This document shows positions 40,650 through 50,594 of a DNA stretch of 64,000 nucleotides, piece by piece (position 1 is the stretch's first letter; each line of letters opens with the position of its first letter). Position numbers and translations under genes: made by a program. The notes under the pieces are model-generated. The model saw only the letters and a list, made by a program, of their open reading frames with translations. It was not told where the DNA came from and made no database searches. The stretch spans positions 32,001 through 96,000 of the forward strand of contig CAWJIM010000021.1 of assembly GCA_963842945.1 (NCBI GenBank). Direction: 5' to 3'. This DNA comes from an uncultured Gemmatimonadales bacterium. GTDB lineage: Bacteria > Gemmatimonadota > Gemmatimonadetes > Gemmatimonadales > GWC2-71-9.

Positions 40650-41801
40650 TGGCCCCGCCACCACGCTCCTTCAGCCTGCAGCGGACGCTCGCCATCCGCT
40701 TTTCCCTGACGATGTTCGTCGGCCTTCTGGCGCTGGCTGTCTGGGGTTATCACGCGGTAAGTCAGCAGATCAGCCAGCTCGCCATACTGAGCGATCCAGT
40801 TGCCGCCGCCTCGCTCGAGACCCTGCGGCTCCAGTTGGCGGCTATCGTCCTGCTGGGCACCCTCGCCACGGCGATCGGAGCGGGGTGGCTGGCCGCCTCG
40901 TCCGTGGCGCCGGTCCACACCATCGCGGCCCAAGCAGGGGGCATAACCGGTGAGGTGGCCGGCCAGCGTATTACGGTCCATGCGAATGTCAGTGAATTTC
41001 AGGGCCTCATTCAGGTGCTCAATGCCATGGTGACGCGACTGGAGCGAGCCTGCCGCTGGCATCGCCGCATCGTGCGCGATCTCGGCCATGACCTGCGTAC
41101 GCCGATCGCGGCAATGAGGGCGGCGGTCGAAGTCGCTCTGTGGAAGGAGCGGAGTCCAGCCGAGTACCGCGAGCATTCTCGCCAGCACGCTGGAAGAGAT
41201 CGACCGACTGACTCTGATCTCTGATGCCCTGGTCCTGCTGGGCAGACTGCAGGCCGGCGAGGTCACCTTGCGGTTAGCCGAGCTGGATGTGCGAACGCTC
41301 GCGCGAGAGGCAGTGGCTCAGGTGCAGGATGGAATCGGAGGCCACAAGGTGACCCTGGTGGAATCTGCCGGCGAGGTTGCCATCAAGGCCGATCCCCGGC
41401 TGATGAGAATGGTCCTGGAGCAGCTGCTCGACAATGCCCGGCGATACACCCCGCCCGGCTCCTGCATCGACGTGCTGGTGCAGACCAGCGGATCCAACGC
41501 GCTGATCACCGTGGCGGACAATGGTCCCGGCGTCCCCGAAGACGTCCTGCCCCACCTCTTCGAGCCATTCTATCGCAGCGACCAGGCCAGGGGACGGGAC
41601 GGCGGGCCCGGTCTGGGCCTCACCGCGACCGCCTCGATCGTGGCCCTCCACGGCGGGACCGTGCGGGCGAGCCGCGGCAGCGAAGGCGGCCTCCGGGTGA
41701 CGGTGTCGATCCCTCGCTCGGATCGCAAGGTGAGAGGCGCATCCTCAGTGCGCGGTAGCTCCCGCGGACCATGCCGTATTGCCGCCGACACCCGCTCGTA
41801 G
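40649..41801 (+). CDS. Sensor histidine kinase (2 TM, HAMP, HisKA, HATPase); frameshift ~41175
   Basis: GHDLRTP H-box, LLDNARRY, DNGPG, FEPFYR, GLGL. Confidence 0.9.
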
Positions 41802-41850
41802 CGACCCGGCACCCAACCTGCTCTCCAAGTCTCCTTAGCGTCAGGAGGAA

Positions 41851-43823
41851 ATGTGCCGCTCGATCCCGCAGGAGGCGCTGCGCGCGTGGTTCCTGGGCCC
41901 ACGGGGGGAGAACGCCGAGCTGCTGGAGCGCCTGGTGGTCGAGGCTCTCAGAGATCATGTGTTCTGGCGTCGCAATTATCACCCCGAGGACGGCTTCACC
42001 ATTCGAGAGATGGACAAACGGCAGGAGGGCTATGAGTCCAGCGTTGCCGTACTGACTCAGGAGCTTCTCGGCTTATTGGCCGAGCTCAAGCGCGACGTTC
42101 CGTTCTTCAGCGGACGCTACAAGGGCCACATGATCGCGGAGCAGACCATCGCCTCCCAGATCGGCTACTTCGCCACCATGCTGTACAACCCTAACAACAT
42201 CGCGGCCGAGATCTCCCCAGTGACCACTCGACTGGAGATGGAGGTCGCGCGCGACCTGGCCCGCATGATCGGCTACGATCCATCCCGGAGCTGGGGGCAC
42301 CTCACCTCGGGCGGCACCGTGGCCAACTTCGAGGCGCTGTGGCTCGCGCGCAGTGTCCGCTACCTGCCGGTGGCCGTAGCCGGCGCGGCTGCCGAGCTCG
42401 GGCTCGAACTGGAGGTGGGACTTCCTGATGGCAGCAAGGCACCGCTGACCGAGCTGCGACTCTGGGACCTGCTGAATATCCCGGACGAGGCCAGCCTCGA
42501 TCTCTGGGAGCGGCTCCTGCGGTCGGCCGGAGTGGCGGCGGCGCGGCGCGCCCTGGCAAACCATTCTCTCGCCGACGATCGGCTATCAGGAGTACAGCCG
42601 CCGGCTGGCGCTGGACTACGGCGACCCGCTGCCGGCCGGCGTCGTCCTGGTTGCCGCCACCGCCCATTACTCCTGGGAGAAGATTGTCCGGGCGCTGGGC
42701 ATCGGCTCCAATCAGCTGGTTTACGTTCCCCTCGACTCCTGCTTTCGAATGGACCCGACGCCCTGTGGGAGCGCGTGAGCGAGCTGGTCCGCCACCGGCA
42801 GCCGATTCTCGCCTGTGTGAGTGTCTGCGGGACCACGGAAGAGAGTGCAGTCGACCGGCTGGACCGGGTGATCGAAGTGCGGGACCGGGCGGCGCGGGAG
42901 CTGGGCGCCAGCTTCCACATCCATTCGGACGCGTGTTATGGCGGCTATGCCGCTGCCGTAACCAGGAAAGCGGACGGCACTCGCCGGACCGGCGCCGAGA
43001 TCAGGCGCTCTACCGGAGAGCTCGTGGCCTGATGACGACTGGATCCGGGCGATCTCCTCACTGGAGGGGGCCGACTCGGTGAGCATCGATCCGCACAAAA
43101 TGGGGTACGTGCCCTACTCGGCGGGCGCCATCCTGGTGCGCGATGGCAGGACTCGGCTACTGGTGGCTGCTGAGCCGCCCTATCTGGCTCCGGCTCGATT
43201 CTGCTGAATCCGAGGTGGAGCCGTTCCTGGGCCGCTACATCCTGGAGGGCTCGAAACCCGGCGCCGCGGCAGCCGCGGTCTGGCTGAGCCACAAGGTCAT
43301 TCCACTGGACGACCGGGGGTACGGCTATCTCATCGAGCGCACGATGGCCGGCGGCCGCCGGCTGCACGAGGAACTCGGCCGGGCGAACCTGGCTCCCTTC
43401 CAGGTGGTGCTGCTCCCGGTTCCCGACATCAACATCGTCTGTTATGTGATACACCATCCCTCTCACGCTACCCTCGCAGCCCTGAATGCCTTTAATGAGC
43501 GGGTCTTTTGCGAGCTGAGTCTGGCCCGGAAAGAGGGGCCCCCGGAATACATCATTACCCGGACCCGGCTGCAGAGTCCGATGTACGATGGGGCGATCGG
43601 TCCGCTGCTCGCCGCACTGGGGGTCTGCTCGTTCGATGAATGGAAGGCGAGCGGGTCAGAGGGGCTGGTGGTACTGCGCTCGACGGTGATGGACCCTTTC
43701 CTTGACCCGCCCGGACCAGGTCCCGACCACGTGGCCGGCTACCTCACAGCGCTCCGGGAGGCCTGCTCGGCGGCTCTCAGTCCTTCTCATCCTTCGGTTC
43801 CACCACTTCGTCTCCAGGACTGA
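41851..43823 (+). CDS. Group II PLP-dependent decarboxylase (tyrosine decarboxylase-like); several frameshifts
   Basis: WFLGPRGEN, LYNPNN, GHLTSGGTVANFEALW, HYSW, GTTEE, HSDACYGGY, DPHKMGYVPY, ILEGSKPGA spread over shifted frames. Confidence 0.85.
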
Positions 43824-44277
43824 GCGCGGCCGCCTGGCCAGGCCGGATCTCCGAATGGCGAATCTGACCTCCGAGATTGGCGACCCAACCGAAGTAGCCG
43901 CTCAACAGTACGCCCCCGATCAGCACGATCGCGGGATACCAGCGGGCCAGCGTGCGCCCGCCTCGGGAGCGGAGCCAACCGAACAGGGCCAGCAGAGCGA
44001 GTCCCGACATTCCGATAGTGCCGATGAGAGCCGCTTCCTCGTGCCGTTCCACCATGGAATCGAGCACTCCCGGCAACCCCTCGACCAGGTCTTCGGCGGG
44101 CTCTCCGGTCAGCTGAACCACGAGAGTCACGAGGGCAAGCAGGACCAGAAGTCCGAAGGCTGCTCTGATCAGCTCAGCGTTCCGCCGGACAAGTCCCCAG
44201 AGCAGCAATAGGACGACGATGGGGAGGCCGATCACCGGAACGTGATTGAGAGCAAGATGAATATGAGCCCAGCTCAT
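43777..44277 (-). CDS. DUF2231-like 4-TM membrane protein with conserved His residues
   Basis: HIHLALNHVP, TGEPAE, HEE, LGGQIRH. Confidence 0.7.
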   Translation of the reverse strand: MSWAHIHLALNHVPVIGLPIVVLLLLWGLVRRNAELIRAAFGLLVLLALVTLVVQLTGEPAEDLVEGLPGVLDSMVERHEEAALIGTIGMSGLALLALFGWLRSRGGRTLARWYPAIVLIGGVLLSGYFGWVANLGGQIRHSEIRPGQAAALSPGDEVVEPKDEKD

Positions 44278-44875
44278 GAGATACCTCCTGAACTACCTGA
44301 GTCTCAGCTGGCACGGCGAAGCCAACGGCCTCAGCCCGGCGGGCGATGCCGAGCAGCTGTTTCCGCTGCATGACGAGATGTCCCAGCGGCATAAGCGCAT
44401 CGCCCATCCAATGCGGCAGCCCCAACGGGGGACAATATGCCTCCCCGACACGAACCCGAACGATGAGCCGGGTACAGCCCGGAGCGGGCTCCTCTAGCAC
44501 GAAAGCCCAGGTCACGATGGGGACGCCCTCCGGCGAAGGCCAGCCCAGCACCAAGAACCGCTCGGCCTCAAAACTCAGAACCACAAAACCTTCGGTGATT
44601 CCCGGCTTCCCGGGAAATACGTCGCCGACCTTTACCTGCTGCAGCTCGGGAACGATTCGGTCGGCGCTCGGGCGGCCATTGTTGTCGATCCGATCGTAGC
44701 TGTACCAACCGGCTCGCCCACCGCCCATCTGCACCAGCCAGGGCCATACTTCACGGCGCGGACGCCGAATCGTGATGCCGTGGGTGATCATGGCCTGAGC
44801 CCTCGAGATCAGCTCATCGCCAGGAAGCATCCGCCAGCGCTCCCCGCGATTGGGTCGGACTGACCGTGCAATCAT
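44174..44875 (-). CDS. SRPBCC-like protein (true stop probably ~44305; overlap suggests an indel)
   Basis: LPGDEL, ITIRRP..EVWPWLVQMG.GRAGWYSYD, TWAFVL, TRLIVR, MQRKQLLGIARRAE. Confidence 0.8.
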   Translation of the reverse strand: MIARSVRPNRGERWRMLPGDELISRAQAMITHGITIRRPRREVWPWLVQMGGGRAGWYSYDRIDNNGRPSADRIVPELQQVKVGDVFPGKPGITEGFVVLSFEAERFLVLGWPSPEGVPIVTWAFVLEEPAPGCTRLIVRVRVGEAYCPPLGLPHWMGDALMPLGHLVMQRKQLLGIARRAEAVGFAVPAETQVVQEVSHELGSYSSCSQSRSGDRPPHRRPIAALGTCPAER

Positions 44876-45492
44876 GGGCTCCTCCGGTTCGAGTCGGCCG
44901 CCCCTTCCTGCACCAACTGCGAAGCGGCACGTCTCTCGGCCTCGGCCTTGATCAGACTGAGCGCACGGTGCCTCACAATCCCGTCGCCCAGGCGGATCAG
45001 GCGCCAGTAGCGCCGGAAGTGAGCTCGCGCGGTTTCGTCGGTGGTGGCAATTCGCGCCTCGTAACGCAGCTGGGTCGCCCCGTAGGTGGGCCAGAGCGAA
45101 AGGCTGATGGCGAGCTTGGCGTATCCCGGCTCGTTGAAGGAAGCGAAATCCTCCGCTGGTACCGGTCTCCAGCCGTAGTCGGCCCGCCAGAATTTGCCCA
45201 CCGACCCTATCACGAGCTGGCTGCCCCGATCCTCGGCCAGCAGCATCCAGGGCATGTCTGTCTTCGCCAGGTCCTCGAAGGTGCAAACCTCCGGCGTGCG
45301 GGATGTCGGGATTCCGCGCATCCTCTCCGAGAGACGTGTCGGCAGCTCCCGCAGGGTGAAGAGCACGTCGATGATTGGATCGTGCAAGTCGGCGTGCCGG
45401 ATTGCCGCGTACACGATCTCTGGTGGTGCGTCTATCTCCACTTCGTGTATCTCAGTCACGTCGAACGCCGGCAGAAATCGCTCGATCAACAT
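44872..45492 (-). CDS. DUF2867/SRPBCC-like protein
   Basis: FLP.FDVTEIH, GKFW, F.EPGYAK, F.RYW.LI; GGAGG upstream. Confidence 0.7.
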   Translation of the reverse strand: MLIERFLPAFDVTEIHEVEIDAPPEIVYAAIRHADLHDPIIDVLFTLRELPTRLSERMRGIPTSRTPEVCTFEDLAKTDMPWMLLAEDRGSQLVIGSVGKFWRADYGWRPVPAEDFASFNEPGYAKLAISLSLWPTYGATQLRYEARIATTDETARAHFRRYWRLIRLGDGIVRHRALSLIKAEAERRAASQLVQEGAADSNRRSP

Positions 45493-46016
45493 TGTGATCT
45501 CCTTTCTACCTCCCAGGTGCCCCATTCAGTCTGGGGAAGCGGCCTGAACGTCAGATCTTCCAGCAGCGAGGTTGCCGTATAGCCGACGTCCGCACATCGG
45601 ATCTCCCCGGCAGCGAACTCGATCTCGGCGTACCAGAGCCGCAGTGCCTCCAGGAGAGCGCGTGCGGTCCGGGCCAGCTCCCGGGCAGTGCTCGTCCGGT
45701 GAGCCAGGCCGTCGAAGTCCCGATGCAAGTGATGCAATCGATCGAGCTGCATCGAAAGCCGTGCCCGGATCTCAGCCGGGATGAATGGATGCAGCTCATC
45801 CAGCAGCTCCTGCTCCCTCTGAAGCCGCACCGGCAGCTCGTCCCAGACATACCGCACGGCTGCCCACCGCTGCATGAAGGTTGCGTCCGAATCGGTCACC
45901 GGTCCGATGAACTTGTCTGCCTCAGCCATCCAGCGGTCATGGGTCCGAGCCAGGATCGGGTCAAAAGTGTCCCGAGCTGACCGGTCGAGCGGAGGGACTA
46001 CAGTCGTGGCGCACAT
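45486..46016 (-). CDS. Hypothetical helical-bundle protein (hemerythrin-like fold possible)
   Basis: All-alpha sequence with several His/Glu residues; within the stress cluster. Confidence 0.5.
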   Translation of the reverse strand: MCATTVVPPLDRSARDTFDPILARTHDRWMAEADKFIGPVTDSDATFMQRWAAVRYVWDELPVRLQREQELLDELHPFIPAEIRARLSMQLDRLHHLHRDFDGLAHRTSTARELARTARALLEALRLWYAEIEFAAGEIRCADVGYTATSLLEDLTFRPLPQTEWGTWEVERRSQC

Positions 46017-46057
46017 AGGATGACTCGCTGCTTCGAAGTAGGTGAACGCTCGTATCT

Positions 46058-46459
46058 CTACAGATTGCCGGTGGCCACCGCGCGGACGATATCGGTGGTC
46101 GAAATCACGCCGACCACCTTGTCGTCGGCGGTGACAAACAGCCGGTGCACGTCGGCATAGAGCATCTGCTGCGCGGCCTCCCTGACTTCTGCATCGGGCG
46201 AGACGGTCAGCGGCCGCCGGGTCATGATGTCCCGCACCATCATCTGCTCGAACAGGGCCTCCCGCTCGACCGCATCGTTGGCTTCCGCCTCGGAGGTCAG
46301 GACGTCGGTGCTCGACACCACGCCGACCATGCGTCCCCCGCCGTCAACGACCGGGAGGGCGGAGATGTGTGCATCGGTCAGGGTCACCACCGCGTCGTTG
46401 ATCGAGGTATCCAGGTTGACGGTGATGACATCGCCCTGCATCAGTTCGCGGACCCTCAT
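46058..46459 (-). CDS. CBS-pair domain protein
   Basis: VRELM, ISALPVVD..GRMVGVVS..D, VRDIMT, VHRL. Confidence 0.92.
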   Translation of the reverse strand: MRVRELMQGDVITVNLDTSINDAVVTLTDAHISALPVVDGGGRMVGVVSSTDVLTSEAEANDAVEREALFEQMMVRDIMTRRPLTVSPDAEVREAAQQMLYADVHRLFVTADDKVVGVISTTDIVRAVATGNL

Positions 46460-46522
46460 ACGTCCTCCCGGTTCATGTCAGGATCAGGTGAGCTGCTGAC
46501 TGCAATCTGACGCATGGACACC

Positions 46523-46557
46523 TGAAAGAGCCTGAAGCTGCCGTGAAAAGACCTTCA
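46523..46557 (-). promoter_or_regulatory. TTCA direct-repeat operator upstream of the CBS gene
   Basis: Plus-strand TGAA at 46523, 46533 and 46544, followed by N6-TTCA. Confidence 0.55.
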
Positions 46558-46600
46558 TGAAGCCGCCGGGGCACACTGCAGTTATGCCGGGGCGAATTCC

Positions 46601-47541
46601 TCACCGACACTGAGCGCTCGCACTCGTTCGGGCTTGGCCTGCCGCGCTCGCCGGGTTCGCGGGCACCGGAGGAACCACCAGCACCGGTACCTCCGCTGTA
46701 CGTACTAGCTTATCGGTCACGCTGCCCAGGATGAACCGCCGAATTCCTCCCCGCCCGTGAGTGGCCATCGCGATCAGGCTCACCCGTCCGGGACGCGCCA
46801 GCTCGCGCAACTGATGGGCTGGCATGTCGGTGCCCATCAGCGCCACCCCCGAGGCCTTCACCCCGCTGCTCCGAAGTCGCTCGGCCGCATGCCTGACGTA
46901 CTCCTCGGCGGACTCCCGCGCTATCGCCGTCAGCTCCTGGTCGGAGTTCTGAGCCGCTGCGATTCCCGGTTCACCGGCAATCGGGACCGGGTAGACGATC
47001 TGCGCCAGAGTCAGCTCCGCGTCCCACAGTCTGGCCAGCGCCGCCGCGGGCTGGAATGCCGTTTCCGCCAACGGCGAGCCGTCCAGCGGGACGAGGATTT
47101 CGCTGGGCTCGAACTCGGGTGCTGCGGCACCTCACACGGCTGGACTACCAGGACAGGTATTCCGATGCGGCGGATCAGTTGGTCGGTCACGCTGCCCAGC
47201 CAGGCGCGCTCCAGGCCACCACGACCGTGCGTCGTCATGATCACGAGGTCGGCGCCGATCTTTCGCGCCTGCTTTACCAGGGTGGCGGCAACCGGCCCGT
47301 GCAGGAGAGCGGAAGAAACAGAGTCTCCCAGGCGCTCTCTGGCTCGTGCGGTAAGCCGCGAGAGATACTGCCATGCCAGCTCGACGGGCTCGAGGGGAAT
47401 GCGGTCCTGGTAGACAAAGACGAACTGGACTCTGCTGCGGGCTCGCTCAGCAACAGCCAGCGCATAGGGAATCGCCGCTTCGGCCAAAGTCGAGCCATCC
47501 ACCGGCACGAGAATCGAGTGAAACGCGGTCTTGTCTGACAT
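46601..47541 (-). CDS. Tandem universal stress protein; frameshift ~47110
   Basis: ILVPVDGS, MTTHGRGG...LGSVTDQL and a second ILVPLDGS...ATHGRGG...LGSVTDKL. Confidence 0.92.
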
Positions 47542-47612
47542 GAGAACACCTCCTGGGCGCCGAGTGACAGCTTGATACCGGACAATTTGCCTTCGACTCT
47601 CGTCAGGAAGCT

Positions 47613-47637
47613 TGAAGCCGGGGTGAAAGAACCTTCA
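47613..47637 (-). promoter_or_regulatory. TTCA direct-repeat operator upstream of the USP gene
   Basis: TGAAGCCGGGGTGAAAGAACCTTCA, closely similar to 46533-46557. Confidence 0.55.
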
Positions 47638-47654
47638 CGATCCGGGAAGGCGGC

Positions 47655-47682
47655 AAAGAAAGACCCCGGAACGAATCCGGGG
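47655..47682 (-). terminator. Intrinsic terminator after hsp20
   Basis: CCCCGGA-TTCGT-TCCGGGG followed by TCTTTCTTT on the minus strand. Confidence 0.7.
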
Positions 47683-47710
47683 CCTGGAGGTCGTCGAGGA
47701 CCGGACGTCG

Positions 47711-48169
47711 TTACTTGATGACGATCCGGTTGGCCACCGCCGGCGCGACCTTGCGCAGGTGGATCACCAGGATTCCATCCTGATAGGTGGCCTTGACTTC
47801 CTTCTCCATTACCGGCGCGGGCAGGCGAATGGTACGGGTGAACTTTCCGACCTCGCGCTCCCGGCGCAGATAGGTCTCACCCGCGATCTCGGGCACCAAC
47901 TCGCGGCGGCCGTTGAGGGTCAGCAACGTGCCGGTCAGGTTGATGTCGAGGTTCTCCTTGTGAACGCCAGCCACCTCGAGCCGCACGATGTACTCCTCCG
48001 CGGTCTCGGTGAGGTCCAGCGCCGGATACCATTCCGCTTCCGCAGTCTCGAACGGGAATGGCGGAATGAAGGGCTCCGTCAGGAACCCGGGGGTAAGGAA
48101 GCGATCGAAGAACCGCTCGACTTCCTCTCCCACTTTCCCCTTCATGGGGGCCAGCTTCGCAACTCGCAT
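47711..48169 (-). CDS. Hsp20/alpha-crystallin small heat shock protein
   Basis: PALDLTET, RERE.GKFTRTIRLP, ATYQDGILVIHLRK. Confidence 0.95.
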   Translation of the reverse strand: MRVAKLAPMKGKVGEEVERFFDRFLTPGFLTEPFIPPFPFETAEAEWYPALDLTETAEEYIVRLEVAGVHKENLDINLTGTLLTLNGRRELVPEIAGETYLRREREVGKFTRTIRLPAPVMEKEVKATYQDGILVIHLRKVAPAVANRIVIK

Positions 48170-48219
48170 AGAACCTCCTGTGAAATCGAAGTTGCAGGAG
48201 CAAAATACCGCTTGGCCCC

Positions 48220-48297
48220 TAAAGACTCCGTGAAACCCCGGTGAAATTTTGTCCCGCTGAATCAGAAAGATCTCACCCGGATTTCATCCTGCCTTTA
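48220..48297. promoter_or_regulatory. Back-to-back triple-repeat operators for divergent hsp20 and tonB
   Basis: Minus: TTCA-N7-TTCA-N7-TTTA (48245-48220); plus: CTCA-N7-TTCA-N7-TTTA (48272-48297); each ends ~50 nt from its ATG. Confidence 0.65.
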
Positions 48298-48346
48298 ATT
48301 CCCGGGTGGTAGCTTCGGATCGTAACTTCTCGAGCGAGCGTGGCCT

Positions 48347-49066
48347 ATGTTCGACGTCCTTCTTGCTTCCGGGGTGCACCGGGATATCAAGTTTCGCTGG
48401 TTCACCACTTCCGCGCTGAGCCACGGACTGTTGCTGGCGCTGGCAATCGGGGCCACACGCTCCGCCATGGAGGCAGCCCGGACCGCGCTACCCAACGACG
48501 AAATCCTGCTGTTCATCCCCCGGGCACCCGAGCCTCCGCCTCCTATCCGGGCGGAAAAGCCCGCCACGATCGTCAATCTGGGCGATCCTCCGCCGCAGGG
48601 ATTCCAAACGGTGCCGCCGCTGAGCGAAATCCCCAGCGTGATTCCGCAGGTGGACCTGAACCAGCGGCCGTTCGACCCGCGGGATTTCACCGGCCGCGGA
48701 ATGGAGGGCGGCGTGGCCGATGGAGTGGTGGGAGGCACCCGCCCGGTCGAGGTGCATGAGATCTACCAGGCAACCACGAACCTCCCCGGCTTCGAGCCTG
48801 CTATGGTGCTGTCCCAGCCAACACCCGAGTACCCCAGTGGGTTGGCCTCGGTAGGCATCGAAGGACGGGTGGAGGTGCAGTTCGTGATCGATACCACCGG
48901 GAAAGTCGAGCCTTCGTCATTCCAGGTGGTGAAGAGCACGCAGGTGGGGTTCGAGCCGGCCGCCCGCACGGCGATCATGGGATCCTTATTCCGGCCGGCC
49001 CGACTCAGCAATGTTCCCGTTCGCCAGCTCACCCGGCAGGCAATCAGATTCGTGGCAGCCCACTGA
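48347..49066 (+). CDS. tonB: Energy transducer TonB family protein
   Basis: N-terminal TM with SALSH, Pro-rich linker, PEYP...GIEGRVEVQFVIDTTG TonB_C domain. Confidence 0.85.
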   Translation: MFDVLLASGVHRDIKFRWFTTSALSHGLLLALAIGATRSAMEAARTALPNDEILLFIPRAPEPPPPIRAEKPATIVNLGDPPPQGFQTVPPLSEIPSVIPQVDLNQRPFDPRDFTGRGMEGGVADGVVGGTRPVEVHEIYQATTNLPGFEPAMVLSQPTPEYPSGLASVGIEGRVEVQFVIDTTGKVEPSSFQVVKSTQVGFEPAARTAIMGSLFRPARLSNVPVRQLTRQAIRFVAAH

Positions 49067-49146
49067 GGGGCGCATCCGCCGACGGCGGTCCACGACAGAG
49101 TGGCGAATGACTTGGGCCCGCGTTCGCAGTCGAGCGCGGGCTCTTG

Positions 49147-50594
49147 TTAATCCCCTCCTGGAATGGCCGCACCGTGACACACAGTGCAGGCCTGAGAGTT
49201 CTTGCGCCGCAGCGTCTCCGGATCGAAGCCGGGGCCGTGGGGGTTGAATCGCCGCCCGCCCACCGCCGAGTGGCAAGTGAGACAATCGCGCTCCGCATGG
49301 CAGGCCACGCAGCTCTCCAGGTTCTGCCGCGCGGCCTGGCCGTGATTCAGCAGGAAGAACTGCTTGGCATCATGGTACCCTGCATTCAAGCGGCCCTTGC
49401 GCGGAGAGTCCGGCCTTGACATGACAGTCGGCGCAGAACTGGCCGGTGTTGTGGCAGTCGCTGCAGCTGGTCTCTCGGGTGTATGCAGCCGCCGGGTGAC
49501 GGGAGAGAAAGCCTGCAGGGTGGTATCCCGGGGTGGGATCTGCCGGATTGGGCCGGTGGCAGTCGAGGCACTGGGGCCGCACATGGCACCCTTCGCAGGA
49601 CTGGGGCCGGGCATCGGCCACCGGACCATGAATCTCGGTGAAATCCCGTCCATGCGAGTCGGGCCGCTCTCGCTCGGATGCTCGGCGCCTTTCCTCGTCC
49701 GGGTCCCGCAACCGGGAGGGCATGGACCGTGGCAGGCTTGCCGACATGACAGGTGAGGCAGCTCTCCTGGGTGTGACAGGTGGCGCAGGTGCCGGGAGAC
49801 TTGCGGGCCGGCTCTCCATGCCGGAACAGGAACTCGGGGTCTGCGATGATCGGCGGGCGCCTCGAGCTTCGCCTGGATGGCGGTCGACCGGGGATCGCGG
49901 CGCAGAGCCTGGATCACCGGCACTTCTGGCGCATTCACGTGGCATTGGATGCAGAAGTCCCGGGCATGGCAGGTGGCACAGGCCGCCGAGACCTTCGGCT
50001 CCGCCGGAGGCGCGGGCCAGCTTGCCATGCCCGCTGAAGGCAAAGCCGGGCTCGCTGGTGCGACTCCGGGGCCGGGAATTCGGCGACATCCTGCCGGGTC
50101 AGCCGGATCGCCTGGGCCAGCGGGACGTGGCAGGTGGCGCAGCTAGTGTCGGGTGCCGACAGATGGGCGGTCTGGATCCCATGGCAGTTAAGGCAGCTCT
50201 CGACCACGGCCAGTCGGACCTGCATTCGTCCTCCGGGTCCGGCATGGCAGACTCGACAACGCAGCGCAGAATCCTTCGCGGTAGCTTTCGCGCACCGCCT
50301 CGGCATGCCCGTCATGGGTAAACCGGAGGTTGGTTCGGGGCGGACCGGAAGGCGGCTGCCAGTCTACCCGGTCTTCTCGACCGTTCCATCATGACAGTCG
50401 GCACATGCGGTCGGCGGCAGGCCAGAGTGGCCGGTCCGACTCCTGCACGCCGGCATGGCAAGCTATGCAACTGGGAAAGAGCTTCCGGTGTTGCCAGTGG
50501 TCGAAGCGGTCCTGGCGCTCCTGGGAGAGGCCTCCGGCCGGGCTCCGCCGCCGAGTAAGACGAAAACAGCGACGATGACCCAGCGAAGCTTCAT
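49147..50594 (-). CDS. Periplasmic multiheme c-type cytochrome (~16 CXXCH); multiple frameshifts
   Basis: Signal peptide MKLRWVIVAVFVLLG; across frames CIACH, CADCH, CRVCH, CLNCH, CATCH, CATCH, CIQCH, CATCH, CLTCH, CEGCH, CLDCH, CSDCH, CADCH, CVACH, CLTCH, CTVCH. Confidence 0.88.

Noticed and set aside
43020..43040. Selenocysteine or stop readthrough at TGATGA in the decarboxylase
   Set aside because: An adjacent frame reads SWPDDDWI and continues to DPHK; a simple indel explains it.
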